This document shows, in pieces, positions 23,310-32,000 of a stretch of DNA of 32,000 nt. Under the pieces are notes generated by a model. That model had not been told where the DNA came from, did no database searches, and worked only from the letters and a program-made list of their open reading frames with translations. Every line of letters begins with the position of its first letter. Positions within the stretch are counted from its first letter, which is position 1. Source of the DNA: a virus; the IMG/VR virus record IMGVR_UViG_3300045988_006330, positions 1-32,000 of that record, one strand, 5' to 3'. A program made the translations under genes and the position numbers.

Positions 23310-23686
23310 GGCAAAGTCAACCAGATTATGATTTCAGCTATGACGACGCAATGGCCCTCTTGATTGCAAGGCACGGCATGAGCTACGTCGAAGCTGCCAG
23401 GACAACGCTTGTTGAGTTCGAGGTGTATAACACCGCCTACGCAATTAAACAAGAGGACATCCGCTTTAACGCAGCAATTCAAGCATGGTATAACCAGACC
23501 GTGCAAGCTACCAAAGGCAAGGGCAAGAGTGTTCGCTCAGCTTACAGAACCTTTAATGAGTTTTATGACCATGAAAAAGAGTTCAGTAAGATATTTAAAC
23601 CAGAGGACACTGCGCCTAGAAGTCGAGCGCTCTCGTTAGCTGATAAGAATAGGATCATCAATCAAACAAAGAAAGGGGGTAGTTAA
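23258..23686 (+). CDS. Tail assembly chaperone -1 frame extension (gpT-like part of a G-T fusion)
   Basis: The -1 frame relative to gpG is open from 23258. It overlaps the last 17 codons of gpG. A-AAA-G lies at 23264-23268. Confidence 0.5.
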   Translation, partial: RVKSVIPTQTRNERSRVGQSQPDYDFSYDDAMALLIARHGMSYVEAARTTLVEFEVYNTAYAIKQEDIRFNAAIQAWYNQTVQATKGKGKSVRSAYRTFNEFYDHEKEFSKIFKPEDTAPRSRALSLADKNRIINQTKKGGS

Positions 23687-26655
23687 TGGGAGCATCTTTT
23701 GACGTTACGGCCATATTACGTGCCAACTCAAGCGACTTCACCAATGGTGTCAATGCTGCCAAGTCTGCCCTTGCTGATTTGAGAAATCAGTCTGGGGGCA
23801 TGCTTGCTCAAGTTGGTAGCAGTTTAAAGTCAGTCGGTAGCGCCATGCAATCAGTCGGAGCTGGAATGACCACGGCTTTTACATTGCCTATGGTCGGTGG
23901 GTTAACTGCCGTCATCAAAGGTTATGCAGACCTTGAGCAATCGTTGGGTGGTGTCTCTACACTATTCAAACAGAATGGTTCAAGCGTCAACACCCTAGCC
24001 AGAGACTACGGCATGACCAGACAACAAGCCCAAGCGCTCTATAACACAATGGACCGTGAGGGAACCAACGTCATTGAGAACGCCAACCGAGCCTATAGGA
24101 CGGCTGGTGTGTCTGCTAACCGATACATGGAGCAGGTAACATCGTTCTCAGCTACCTTGCTACAAGGTCTAGGCGGTGATACTGCCAAGGCTGCAAAATA
24201 CGGGGATAAAGCCCTTGTCCAAATGTCAGACAATGCGAATAAATTCGGTACTAACATGACGGACATTCAAAACGCTTACCAAGGCTTTGCCAAGGACAAC
24301 TATTCAATGTTGGACAACTTGAAACTTGGTTATGGTGGTACCATGTCCGAAATGGCACGTTTGGTCAATGAGTCTGGTGTCTTAAACGGTGAATTTGAAG
24401 CCACAGCTGATAATATCCGTGACATTCCATTCCATACCTTGATTGATGCCATCGGTATTACTCAAGATAGGCTCGGTGTTACTGGAACGACTGCAAAAGA
24501 AGCGAGTACAACCGTGTCCGGTTCGTTCAATTCCATGAAGGCTGCCGCTGAGAACTTAGTGGCCGGTCTTGGTAATAACGAAGCTAATATCAAGCAACTC
24601 ATGGAAAACATGAAACAGACTATCATCACATTTAAAGACAATGTGGTGCGTGTTCTAGGGACTATCTGGGACAATCTGCCAGTGGATGGCTGGGTTAAAT
24701 GGACAGCCTTAATCATCGGCACTGTAGGGCCGGTAATATTTGCCCTTGGTACACTGATAACGTGGGTCGGTAACGTCGTTTCTGCACTAAGTACAATCGG
24801 TGGTGCTATTAGTTCGGTAGTAGGATTCTTTTCAAGCGGTTCTACCGCAGCGAGTGGACTAGGTGCTGCTTTCAGTGGGTTATCAGTCGGGGCTCTTGCT
24901 GCTTTTGCTGCGATTGTTGCTGCCGTCGCTATGGTCGGGGCTGCACTCGTTGATTTGTGGAACAATAACGAGAATTTCCGTGCACAAGTTACGGCAATCT
25001 GGGAAACCATCAAGAGTGCAATCACTAGCGCTGTTCAAGCCATCGTGTCGTTTGTTATGTCAATCTGGGGTCAGCTAACGTCATTCTGGAACGAAAACCA
25101 CGCCTTGATTATGCAAACAGCGACGACTTACTGGAACATGTTCAAGGGCATGATTGAAAACGTCATGAACGCAATTCTTCCAGTAGTTCAAACTGGATTG
25201 AATTTGCTAATTACACTGTTCTCGACAAGTTGGCAAATGATTACCACTGTTATTTCAACAGTCATTGAAGTTATCCTCAACATCATCAAGATGGGGATGC
25301 AGATTTTGCAAGGCGACTGGTCTGGAGCGTGGGAGACGCTTAAAACTATCTTGTCTACTGTTTGGGAAGGTATCAAGTCGCTTGTTTCAATCGGTATCAA
25401 TGCTATTGGTCCGATTATCCAAGCGGGGATTCAGTTTATCCTCGCAATCTGGAACGCAGCATGGGCATTGTTAGCTGTTCCATTCCAAGCACTTTGGGCA
25501 TTGCTTCAACAAATCGCTGGTGGAGCTATGTCTGCCATTAGTGGTGTTATTAGCGCTGGTATTGCTGTGATTCAGTCTATTTGGTCAGCAGCGTGGACGG
25601 TTATCCAGACAGTTTTCTCAACAGTTTGGAACACAATCATGTCTATTCTGTCACCTATAATGGCTGGTATCTCAAGCATTATTTCAAGCACCTTGTCAGC
25701 TATTCAAGCGATTTGGAACGCTATCTGGACTGGAATTCAAGCTGTTTTAGCTGGTGTATTGGCTGCTATTGTTGGTTTGGTGACTGGTAACTTCTCGCAA
25801 GTTCAATCGGCTATCACATCGATCATGTCAGCTATCCAATCAACTATCAGCGCAATTTGGAACGCTATTTTGTCGCTTATTAGTAGCGTATTGAGTGCGA
25901 TTGCTAGCACTGTATCAAGTACATGGTCAGCTATTCAGTCAATCGTTTCAAGCGCTATGAGTTCCGTTCAGAGCATTATCAGCTCTGCTTGGAGTGCTGT
26001 TAGATCAGCAGTAACAAGCGCCATGAGCTCAATTCAGTCAGCTATCACTAGCGGATTTAGTGCCGTGGTATCAGCGGTAACAAGTGCCGGTCAGCGTATC
26101 ATTTCAGCGGTCCGCTCAGCGTTCAGCGGTGCACTTAGTGCAGCCCGTGGGTTTGTTGGACAAGCTGCAAGCGTCGGTTCTCAATTGATTAGCGGTTTCG
26201 TTAGCGGGGTAACATCAGCAGCCGGGAAACTGATTTCAGCGGTTAAAGGCGCTGTAAGCAATGCCATTAACGGAGCTAAAGCCTTGCTTGGTATCAAATC
26301 ACCATCTCGTGTGTTCCGTCAATTCGGTATCTACACAGATAAAGGTTTCATCATTGGTATTGATAGCAAAGCGGATCAAGTAGCTCGTTCAATGCGCTAT
26401 ATGGCTCAAGGTGCTATCGACGCGTTCACCGGTCAAGATATCAACGGAGCCATCACTGATGAACTTGGTAGCATGGACGGCCAGTTAGGTCGATTAGCAG
26501 GGTATGATCCATCTGTTTCATTCAACGGCGGCAAGATGTCAGTTACTCAACAAGCAGCGGACATCGTGCTTAAAATGGGTGATACAACTTACAGAGCATT
26601 TACTGAGGACATCACTAACGCTCAGTCAATGGAATTAATGCTTGATAACTATTAA
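23686..26655 (+). CDS. Tape measure protein
   Basis: 989 aa. The long central region is Ala/Ser/Ile/Trp-rich with periodic repeats (...SAIQAIWNAIWTGIQ...). Confidence 0.9.
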   Translation: MGASFDVTAILRANSSDFTNGVNAAKSALADLRNQSGGMLAQVGSSLKSVGSAMQSVGAGMTTAFTLPMVGGLTAVIKGYADLEQSLGGVSTLFKQNGSSVNTLARDYGMTRQQAQALYNTMDREGTNVIENANRAYRTAGVSANRYMEQVTSFSATLLQGLGGDTAKAAKYGDKALVQMSDNANKFGTNMTDIQNAYQGFAKDNYSMLDNLKLGYGGTMSEMARLVNESGVLNGEFEATADNIRDIPFHTLIDAIGITQDRLGVTGTTAKEASTTVSGSFNSMKAAAENLVAGLGNNEANIKQLMENMKQTIITFKDNVVRVLGTIWDNLPVDGWVKWTALIIGTVGPVIFALGTLITWVGNVVSALSTIGGAISSVVGFFSSGSTAASGLGAAFSGLSVGALAAFAAIVAAVAMVGAALVDLWNNNENFRAQVTAIWETIKSAITSAVQAIVSFVMSIWGQLTSFWNENHALIMQTATTYWNMFKGMIENVMNAILPVVQTGLNLLITLFSTSWQMITTVISTVIEVILNIIKMGMQILQGDWSGAWETLKTILSTVWEGIKSLVSIGINAIGPIIQAGIQFILAIWNAAWALLAVPFQALWALLQQIAGGAMSAISGVISAGIAVIQSIWSAAWTVIQTVFSTVWNTIMSILSPIMAGISSIISSTLSAIQAIWNAIWTGIQAVLAGVLAAIVGLVTGNFSQVQSAITSIMSAIQSTISAIWNAILSLISSVLSAIASTVSSTWSAIQSIVSSAMSSVQSIISSAWSAVRSAVTSAMSSIQSAITSGFSAVVSAVTSAGQRIISAVRSAFSGALSAARGFVGQAASVGSQLISGFVSGVTSAAGKLISAVKGAVSNAINGAKALLGIKSPSRVFRQFGIYTDKGFIIGIDSKADQVARSMRYMAQGAIDAFTGQDINGAITDELGSMDGQLGRLAGYDPSVSFNGGKMSVTQQAADIVLKMGDTTYRAFTEDITNAQSMELMLDNY

Positions 26656-26677
26656 GAGAGAAAAGAGGTTTTAGCTA

Positions 26678-27469
26678 ATGTATGATTATGCTTCATTGAA
26701 GCGCACGGAATCAACGGTGCTGCAAAGAGCGCCAGTTGATAACATGCGTATCAACGGGACTCCTATAGAAGATATCATCCAAGGGTATCGACAGCTCACA
26801 GTTAAGGGACGTTCATTGCTCAATCGTGAAATTTCAACTACTCGAGTTCCTGGGCGCCGTGGTGTTTGGGTGGACAGTGTCAACGATTCAGAGCGTGAGA
26901 TTGAAGTTAAATATCAGTTAACTACAGTTACTAGCCAAGTCATGAGGACCTCTTTCCGAGAGCTTAACCGCATCTTGAGAGAGGTAGGGCCTAGCGGTTA
27001 TCTTGAAGTCACATTTGACGATGAGCCGGATTTTACTTACTACGCAATATTCAAGGAAGCGGACGAAGTCGAGGAAGATAGGCTTTCAGTCATTAGCAGT
27101 TTCGTTTTGCTAGTGCCAGACGGCTATAAGAAACGAGTCCCAGAGCGTTCTAATGACGTTGTTTATCTAACTTACGCTAAGCAGGTAATACCTGAGAAGA
27201 TTGTAGCCATGACAACGGCAGCGGCGACAGAATTTGAAATCATCAACGGTCAAACCAAGCTATCGTTTAAGGGTAGCTACGCAGCTAATAAGGAAATCGT
27301 CATTAAATTCGGTACCGAAGAAGTGACAGCTACTTATGACGGGCGTAATATCCTAAGCGAATTACAACGTTTTAGCCCGCTAGAGCAGTTCTATGTTAAG
27401 GACGGCGACAGATTGAGCGGCAAGAATGTAACTATCCGTGAGGTACAGTGGAGGGATGAGAGTCTATGA
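26678..27469 (+). CDS. Distal tail protein (Dit)
   Basis: 263 aa, directly after the tape measure gene, with an ATGA overlap with the next gene. Confidence 0.75.
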   Translation: MYDYASLKRTESTVLQRAPVDNMRINGTPIEDIIQGYRQLTVKGRSLLNREISTTRVPGRRGVWVDSVNDSEREIEVKYQLTTVTSQVMRTSFRELNRILREVGPSGYLEVTFDDEPDFTYYAIFKEADEVEEDRLSVISSFVLLVPDGYKKRVPERSNDVVYLTYAKQVIPEKIVAMTTAAATEFEIINGQTKLSFKGSYAANKEIVIKFGTEEVTATYDGRNILSELQRFSPLEQFYVKDGDRLSGKNVTIREVQWRDESL

Positions 27470-30400
27470 TCTATTTATTCGATAAGGACGAAAAACTTAT
27501 CAAGATTGTTCGCAAGCCTGCAATTAAGAAGGCTTTGCAAAAATTCAGTCTTACCACTGAAAATTACGTTTCAGACCGCTTGACCGTTGAAATGAAAGCT
27601 TTGAAGGATGACGAGCTGGAAAAACTGGAATACATGGCTATTCAGTCAATCGACGACACGCATAAATTCCATTATTTCTACATCGCCCAAGAGAACACCA
27701 AAGGCGATATTACAACACTTATCGGTGTTCAATCCGGTATCGAGGAACTACGCAAGACGGTTACTTACGACAAGCGCCCAACGGACCAACGTGCTAGACC
27801 AGTCATTGAATGGCTATTAGCTGGCACTAACTGGACCCCTCGTTTTATCGCTGAGACAAACCCAAAGAGCACTAATTTCTATTACATTTCCACATTCGAT
27901 GCACTAAAAAAGGTGTGTAAGGTGTGGGGCTTAGAAATGCAGTTCTTCGTTGAAATGAATGGCGCTCAGATTGGCGCTAGATACATTGATTTCAAGCGTA
28001 AAATTGGCGAAGCCGTTGGAAAGCGTGTGGTTTACGGTCATAACGCCCTTGAAATTCTGCAAGAGGTCGAAAAGACAAACCTATACACCGCCTTAGTTGG
28101 GCGAGGTAAAGGGGAGCAAGTCAGCTCAGCAGAAGACACCGGAAAAGATGCCGACGGGTACGGGCGCAAAATCAACTTCGAGGAAATTGTCTGGTCGAAA
28201 GCTAAAGGGGACCCACTAGACAAGCCCCTCGGTCAGAAGTACCTTGAAATTCCAGAAATGACCGCTAAATACGGGATTAAACAACCAGACGGCAAGATGC
28301 GTCCAAAGATTGGCTTTGTCGAATTCAGCGAGGAAGAAGACAAGAACGAGCTTATTAAACAGACTTACGAGGCTTTGATTGAGGCTTCAAGACCTAAACT
28401 GACACTTAAAACAACAACGGTCTATCTGAAAGGCGCTCGGATTGGCGACACTATCCGAGTGGTTCGACACGATAGGCACCTTGATTATGATACACGTATC
28501 TTTGAGATTACATTCAACCGCTTAAACGATGAATCTAGTGACGTCAAACTAGGGGACCGAGTTGGCGAAAGCAATGACGCAAAGGTACAAAGTACCGTCA
28601 ACAAGGCTCTTGACGAGTTTAAAGCCGGTGAGTTCACCGAGTTTGTCAAGAAGTTGCCAGAGTTTATCCCGTCAGCTAATGGTTTTAACCATAACTGGTA
28701 CACAAGCACTGATCCAACGGAATCTCACCCCGGACAAGTCCTAATCAATGACTCTTGGTACAAGCCAGACCCAGAACATGAGGGACACACTATCATGTAT
28801 CGCTGGACTGGTGAAATGTGGCAAGAGGTATTGAGGACATGGGACGGCACAGGGCTGCAAGACAAAATCAAGAAAGAGTTTGAGAAAGTCGCAGCTAACA
28901 TGGCTAAACAGCAATCAGAACACGACAGAGTGGTTGCTGAAATTACAGCCAAAGCTACTAATGTGGAAACATTAGCTAGTTTAGCTAAATCAACCGCAGA
29001 GGACGCTTTTAACCGTCTAAACGACGTCAAGAGTGAAGCCATCGCAGAAGCTCGTTACTTGGACACCGTCGAGCGTGCAGAGACAGAGAAGAAGATTGCT
29101 GCATCTAAAAAAGACGCACTATCAGAAGCTGTCAAACTGGTTGATAATGCTAAAAGTACGCTAAACACGGACTTATCAGAGACTGAAAAGAGAGTTGAAG
29201 CTCTAAAAGGTTCTATTGGTACATTGTCAAATGACACGTCAGTACAGTTTGCCAAAATCAATAATGCCCTCATTTCAGTAGCTAGCAAGCAAGATGTTGA
29301 CAAGGTCAGTCAGCGCGTGTCTAATGCTGAGACGGTTTTAACACAGCAAGCAGGGCAGATTTCAGCCAAGGCTAGCAAAGAGGATGTCAACGCTGTTTCT
29401 GGGCGTTTAAACAAAGCTGAGAGCTCTTTGACGGTGCAGGCTGGGCAAATCAGCCAGAAAGCCAACAAGCAGGACGTAGACACGCTGACAGGGCGTGTGA
29501 ACCGTGCCGAAACATCAATCACTCAGCAAGCGGACATGATTGCGTCCAAAGCTAACAAACAAGAGCTTGATAACGTCAATAATCGAGTCATAAACGCTGA
29601 AAGCCGTATCACTCAACAAGCTAACGAGATTAGCCAACGAGTGAAAACAAGCGATTTTAACAATGCTACTCAGAGACTTGCGACGGCTGAGAGTTCAATT
29701 ACTCAGTTAGGAAATAAAATCACTACTGAGATTAGCAGAGTGGATAGTAAAATCCCGACAGATTTTGGCAGTCGTAACTTGATTTTGAAATCAGCAGACT
29801 TCAGTAATGTACATTCGTACACCGGACGTGGCAACAATATCGCCATTTCAACGGACAACGCATCATATATTATCAACTCAAACGGCAACAGCTCTAATTC
29901 CTGGGGCGGTGTCTCATGGAATATGGCTGTTTCTGAGATAAGAGCTGGTGAAACGTTCTCATTGTTGGTTCCGTGCTACATCGATAGCAGAACAGAAATT
30001 GGGAACGGGGCAATTGTTGCAATAAAAAACAATAAAACAAACGCTATCGCTTTCGAATACCAAATTCCGACGGCCGTTAAAGATAAATGGTTCGATGTCA
30101 CATTGAATTTCACTGCTACCAAAGACACCAATTTATCAGACTTTCCGTTTGGGATATATGTAGTTAGAAACGGCTATTTGAAAATCAAGCCACCTATGTT
30201 GGTCAGAGGGGCACTTATCCCTTTGCAGCACACAGTAGCACCAGAGGACACCGAAGCTGAAATCAGCACGGTTAAAACGACGATTACACAAACCGAGCAG
30301 GGTGTCAGTCAGTTATCTCAGAAACAATCTGAAACAGATAGCCGTATCACTAACGCTGAAACTACGGTCAATCAATTGGTCGATGAAGTATCATCAAAAG

Positions 30401-32000
30401 TGTCTAAGACTGATTTTGACAAACTCTCTAAGAGTGTAGCAGCTAATAGCACCTCAATCACTCAGACTGATAACAAAATTAGTTTGAAAGCAGACCGGAC
30501 AGAAGTCCAAACTGCTAAAGCTACGGCTGATAGTGCCGTGTCTAAAGGTCAAGAGTTAGAGCGTAAAATCAACCAGACTAACGCAGAGTTACGTGTTACA
30601 GCGGATTCTATCGCTCAAAAGGTTTCAAGAGTTGATTTTGACAATCTTGGGAATAAAGTCACTAACGCTGAAACGCAAATCAGCACGTTAGCCGGCAAGA
30701 TTGAAACTAAACTCTCTAGGGTTGACCTAGACAGCGCTATTGATAGCAAAGGCTTTTTGAAAGAGTCTGATGTCAATAGATTGGTCGATAACAAAGGTTT
30801 TGCGACGGCTACGGCTGTAACGAACCTTATCCAACAATCTGAGCGAGGAACGACTCAACTTATTAGCGAGGTCAAGAAACAGATTCCGTCAGTTGATACA
30901 CTTTCAGCCGGTGGTGAGAATCTTATCCGAAACTCAGCATTTCCAGAGAATCTTGACAATTGGGGTTTTTGGCAAACTCCACAACAGAACCCTAATCTGT
31001 CCGTTTCACAGCATCCGTATTACTACAATAGCGCTAAACCGCTATTCTTGCTTAAAACATCATCATCAGTACCAGCGTCTACGCCACGTTTTTCAGTTAA
31101 GCGCAACACTGATTATTCTTTCAATTTTCAATTGTTTGCTACGGGGAATATCAAGGGGGTAGACATCTATTTTCTTGGTCGGAAGTCGAACGAAACGAGC
31201 AAGAATTACACAAAACCAGTGCGTTTTAAAGCACACACTGGTTCACCGTCAGTCGCCGGAATCGTTAAATGGCACTTAACATTTAATTCTGGTGAATGCG
31301 ACGAAGGCTATATCCGTATTGATAACACTGGTACTACCAACGGTAGTGAGGCGTCGCTATTCTTCACCGAACTAGACTGCTACGAGGGGACTATGGACCG
31401 TTCTTGGCAACCGTCGCCAAAAGACGCAACCCAAGAAGTGACAGTTAAATTCAATGAAATTAAGTCTACCGTTGACGGTTTCAGCCGCACCATTGGCGAA
31501 CATGGCAAGTCTATTTCTCAAATTATCCAAGAGGCACAAGGTACGGTTTGGAAAGTCGAGAACCTAGAGGATAAGTGGGCGTTTAATCTTGGTGTTACTA
31601 ACAAGCAACTAGACAAGCTAGATACTGGCCTTGAAGCTACCAAGTCCGAAATGTCCCAGATTGCTGGTTCATGGGCAGTCAAGAATTTGACAAGGTCTGG
31701 TGATGTGCTTAACCAAATTAATCTCAACAAAGACGGTTCGGTTAAAATCGACGGTAAATTGGTTCAAATCACTGGCTCTACCTACATCGAGGATGGTGTT
31801 ATTAGCTCAGCTAAAATCGGAGAATTGTCAGCAAGTAAAATCACTAGCGGACGCTTAAACGCTTCACTGGTTGACGTCGTTAACCTAAACGCCGAGAGTG
31901 TCACTAGCGGCACATTTACCGGTTTGAACTATCGGGGCGGTAGAATCGAAGCACTCAATGGAGCGATGAGGGTAGATCTAAACGGCTCAGAGATGCACTT
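27466..32000 (+). CDS. Tail-associated protein/fibre (Tal N-terminal domain, coiled-coil repeats, two CBM-like modules); 3'-partial
   Basis: I read this frame as open from the ATG at 27466 to the window end, about 1,511 codons. It is absent from the ORF track because no stop codon lies in the window. The N-terminus MIYLFDKDEKLIKIV... and the first ~390 aa look Tal-like. Five 30-aa repeats lie at 29293-29742. NLI-(L/R)-(K/N)S modules follow. Confidence 0.85.
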   Translation, partial: MIYLFDKDEKLIKIVRKPAIKKALQKFSLTTENYVSDRLTVEMKALKDDELEKLEYMAIQSIDDTHKFHYFYIAQENTKGDITTLIGVQSGIEELRKTVTYDKRPTDQRARPVIEWLLAGTNWTPRFIAETNPKSTNFYYISTFDALKKVCKVWGLEMQFFVEMNGAQIGARYIDFKRKIGEAVGKRVVYGHNALEILQEVEKTNLYTALVGRGKGEQVSSAEDTGKDADGYGRKINFEEIVWSKAKGDPLDKPLGQKYLEIPEMTAKYGIKQPDGKMRPKIGFVEFSEEEDKNELIKQTYEALIEASRPKLTLKTTTVYLKGARIGDTIRVVRHDRHLDYDTRIFEITFNRLNDESSDVKLGDRVGESNDAKVQSTVNKALDEFKAGEFTEFVKKLPEFIPSANGFNHNWYTSTDPTESHPGQVLINDSWYKPDPEHEGHTIMYRWTGEMWQEVLRTWDGTGLQDKIKKEFEKVAANMAKQQSEHDRVVAEITAKATNVETLASLAKSTAEDAFNRLNDVKSEAIAEARYLDTVERAETEKKIAASKKDALSEAVKLVDNAKSTLNTDLSETEKRVEALKGSIGTLSNDTSVQFAKINNALISVASKQDVDKVSQRVSNAETVLTQQAGQISAKASKEDVNAVSGRLNKAESSLTVQAGQISQKANKQDVDTLTGRVNRAETSITQQADMIASKANKQELDNVNNRVINAESRITQQANEISQRVKTSDFNNATQRLATAESSITQLGNKITTEISRVDSKIPTDFGSRNLILKSADFSNVHSYTGRGNNIAISTDNASYIINSNGNSSNSWGGVSWNMAVSEIRAGETFSLLVPCYIDSRTEIGNGAIVAIKNNKTNAIAFEYQIPTAVKDKWFDVTLNFTATKDTNLSDFPFGIYVVRNGYLKIKPPMLVRGALIPLQHTVAPEDTEAEISTVKTTITQTEQGVSQLSQKQSETDSRITNAETTVNQLVDEVSSKVSKTDFDKLSKSVAANSTSITQTDNKISLKADRTEVQTAKATADSAVSKGQELERKINQTNAELRVTADSIAQKVSRVDFDNLGNKVTNAETQISTLAGKIETKLSRVDLDSAIDSKGFLKESDVNRLVDNKGFATATAVTNLIQQSERGTTQLISEVKKQIPSVDTLSAGGENLIRNSAFPENLDNWGFWQTPQQNPNLSVSQHPYYYNSAKPLFLLKTSSSVPASTPRFSVKRNTDYSFNFQLFATGNIKGVDIYFLGRKSNETSKNYTKPVRFKAHTGSPSVAGIVKWHLTFNSGECDEGYIRIDNTGTTNGSEASLFFTELDCYEGTMDRSWQPSPKDATQEVTVKFNEIKSTVDGFSRTIGEHGKSISQIIQEAQGTVWKVENLEDKWAFNLGVTNKQLDKLDTGLEATKSEMSQIAGSWAVKNLTRSGDVLNQINLNKDGSVKIDGKLVQITGSTYIEDGVISSAKIGELSASKITSGRLNASLVDVVNLNAESVTSGTFTGLNYRGGRIEALNGAMRVDLNGSEMH

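Larger units (their letters stand above)
60..32000. mobile_element. Integrated temperate siphovirus-type prophage, from the left att junction through the tail fibre gene; continues beyond the window
   Basis: Canonical modular order: integrase, lysogeny switch, early/recombination genes, ArpU, terminase, portal, capsid, tail, tape measure, Dit, Tal. Genes are densely packed with many ATGA overlaps. The junction position is approximate (about nt 56-76). Confidence 0.9.

Noticed and set aside
24462-25025. 187-aa minus-strand ORF inside the tape measure gene. Similar antisense or alternative-frame ORFs occur at 171-389, 662-943, 6081-6518, 8850-9314, 9336-9599, 19220-19612, 20281-20691, 22321-22692 and 28725-29522.
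   Set aside because: All lie wholly within strongly supported genes. They have low-complexity or compositionally mirrored sequences and lack ribosome-binding sites. They are open by chance in repetitive or biased coding sequence.

Overview
This window is about 32 kb from the left arm of an integrated temperate siphovirus-type prophage in a Streptococcus-like (Lactobacillales) host. Family names below are my recognition of sequence motifs, not search results.

**Left junction and lysogeny module.** Nt 3-59 encode the leader and N-terminus of a competence type IV pseudopilin (MMLKKLNAVKLRAFTLIEM). The reading frame then runs into phage DNA, so the prophage appears to split a comGC/comYC-like gene. 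On the minus strand follow a large serine recombinase, a PH+SHOCT accessory gene, an ImmA metallopeptidase and an XRE repressor.

**Early region, plus strand.**
- Divergent switch promoters, then Cro and an antirepressor.
- A 134-nt strand-biased hairpin.
- A domain-only wHTH protein followed by 16-bp iterons and an AT-rich repeat block, a probable origin.
- An LPXTG-anchored adhesin-like gene embedded in the early operon.
- An Erf-DUF1351-SSB-RusA recombination module.
- Small early genes: Cse60-like, DUF1642-like, MazG-like and YopX.
- A 740-bp coding desert containing two tRNA-like acceptor/T-arm minihelices.

**Late region, plus strand.** An ArpU-type late regulator is followed by TerS/TerL, portal, a gp7-like protein, scaffold, capsid, connector and tail genes. 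Next come a G/T chaperone pair with a probable -1 frameshift, the tape measure and Dit. The last gene is a Tal/fibre ORF of more than 1,500 codons that starts at 27466 and runs off the window. It is missing from the supplied ORF track.

**Absent or unseen.** I found no CRISPR array, no rRNA and no complete tRNA. No lysis genes or right attachment site lie in the window.

**Most unusual parts.** These are the non-coding island at 13691-14428, the phage-borne LPXTG surface protein, the long hairpin after the antirepressor gene, and the PH-SHOCT gene between integrase and repressor.
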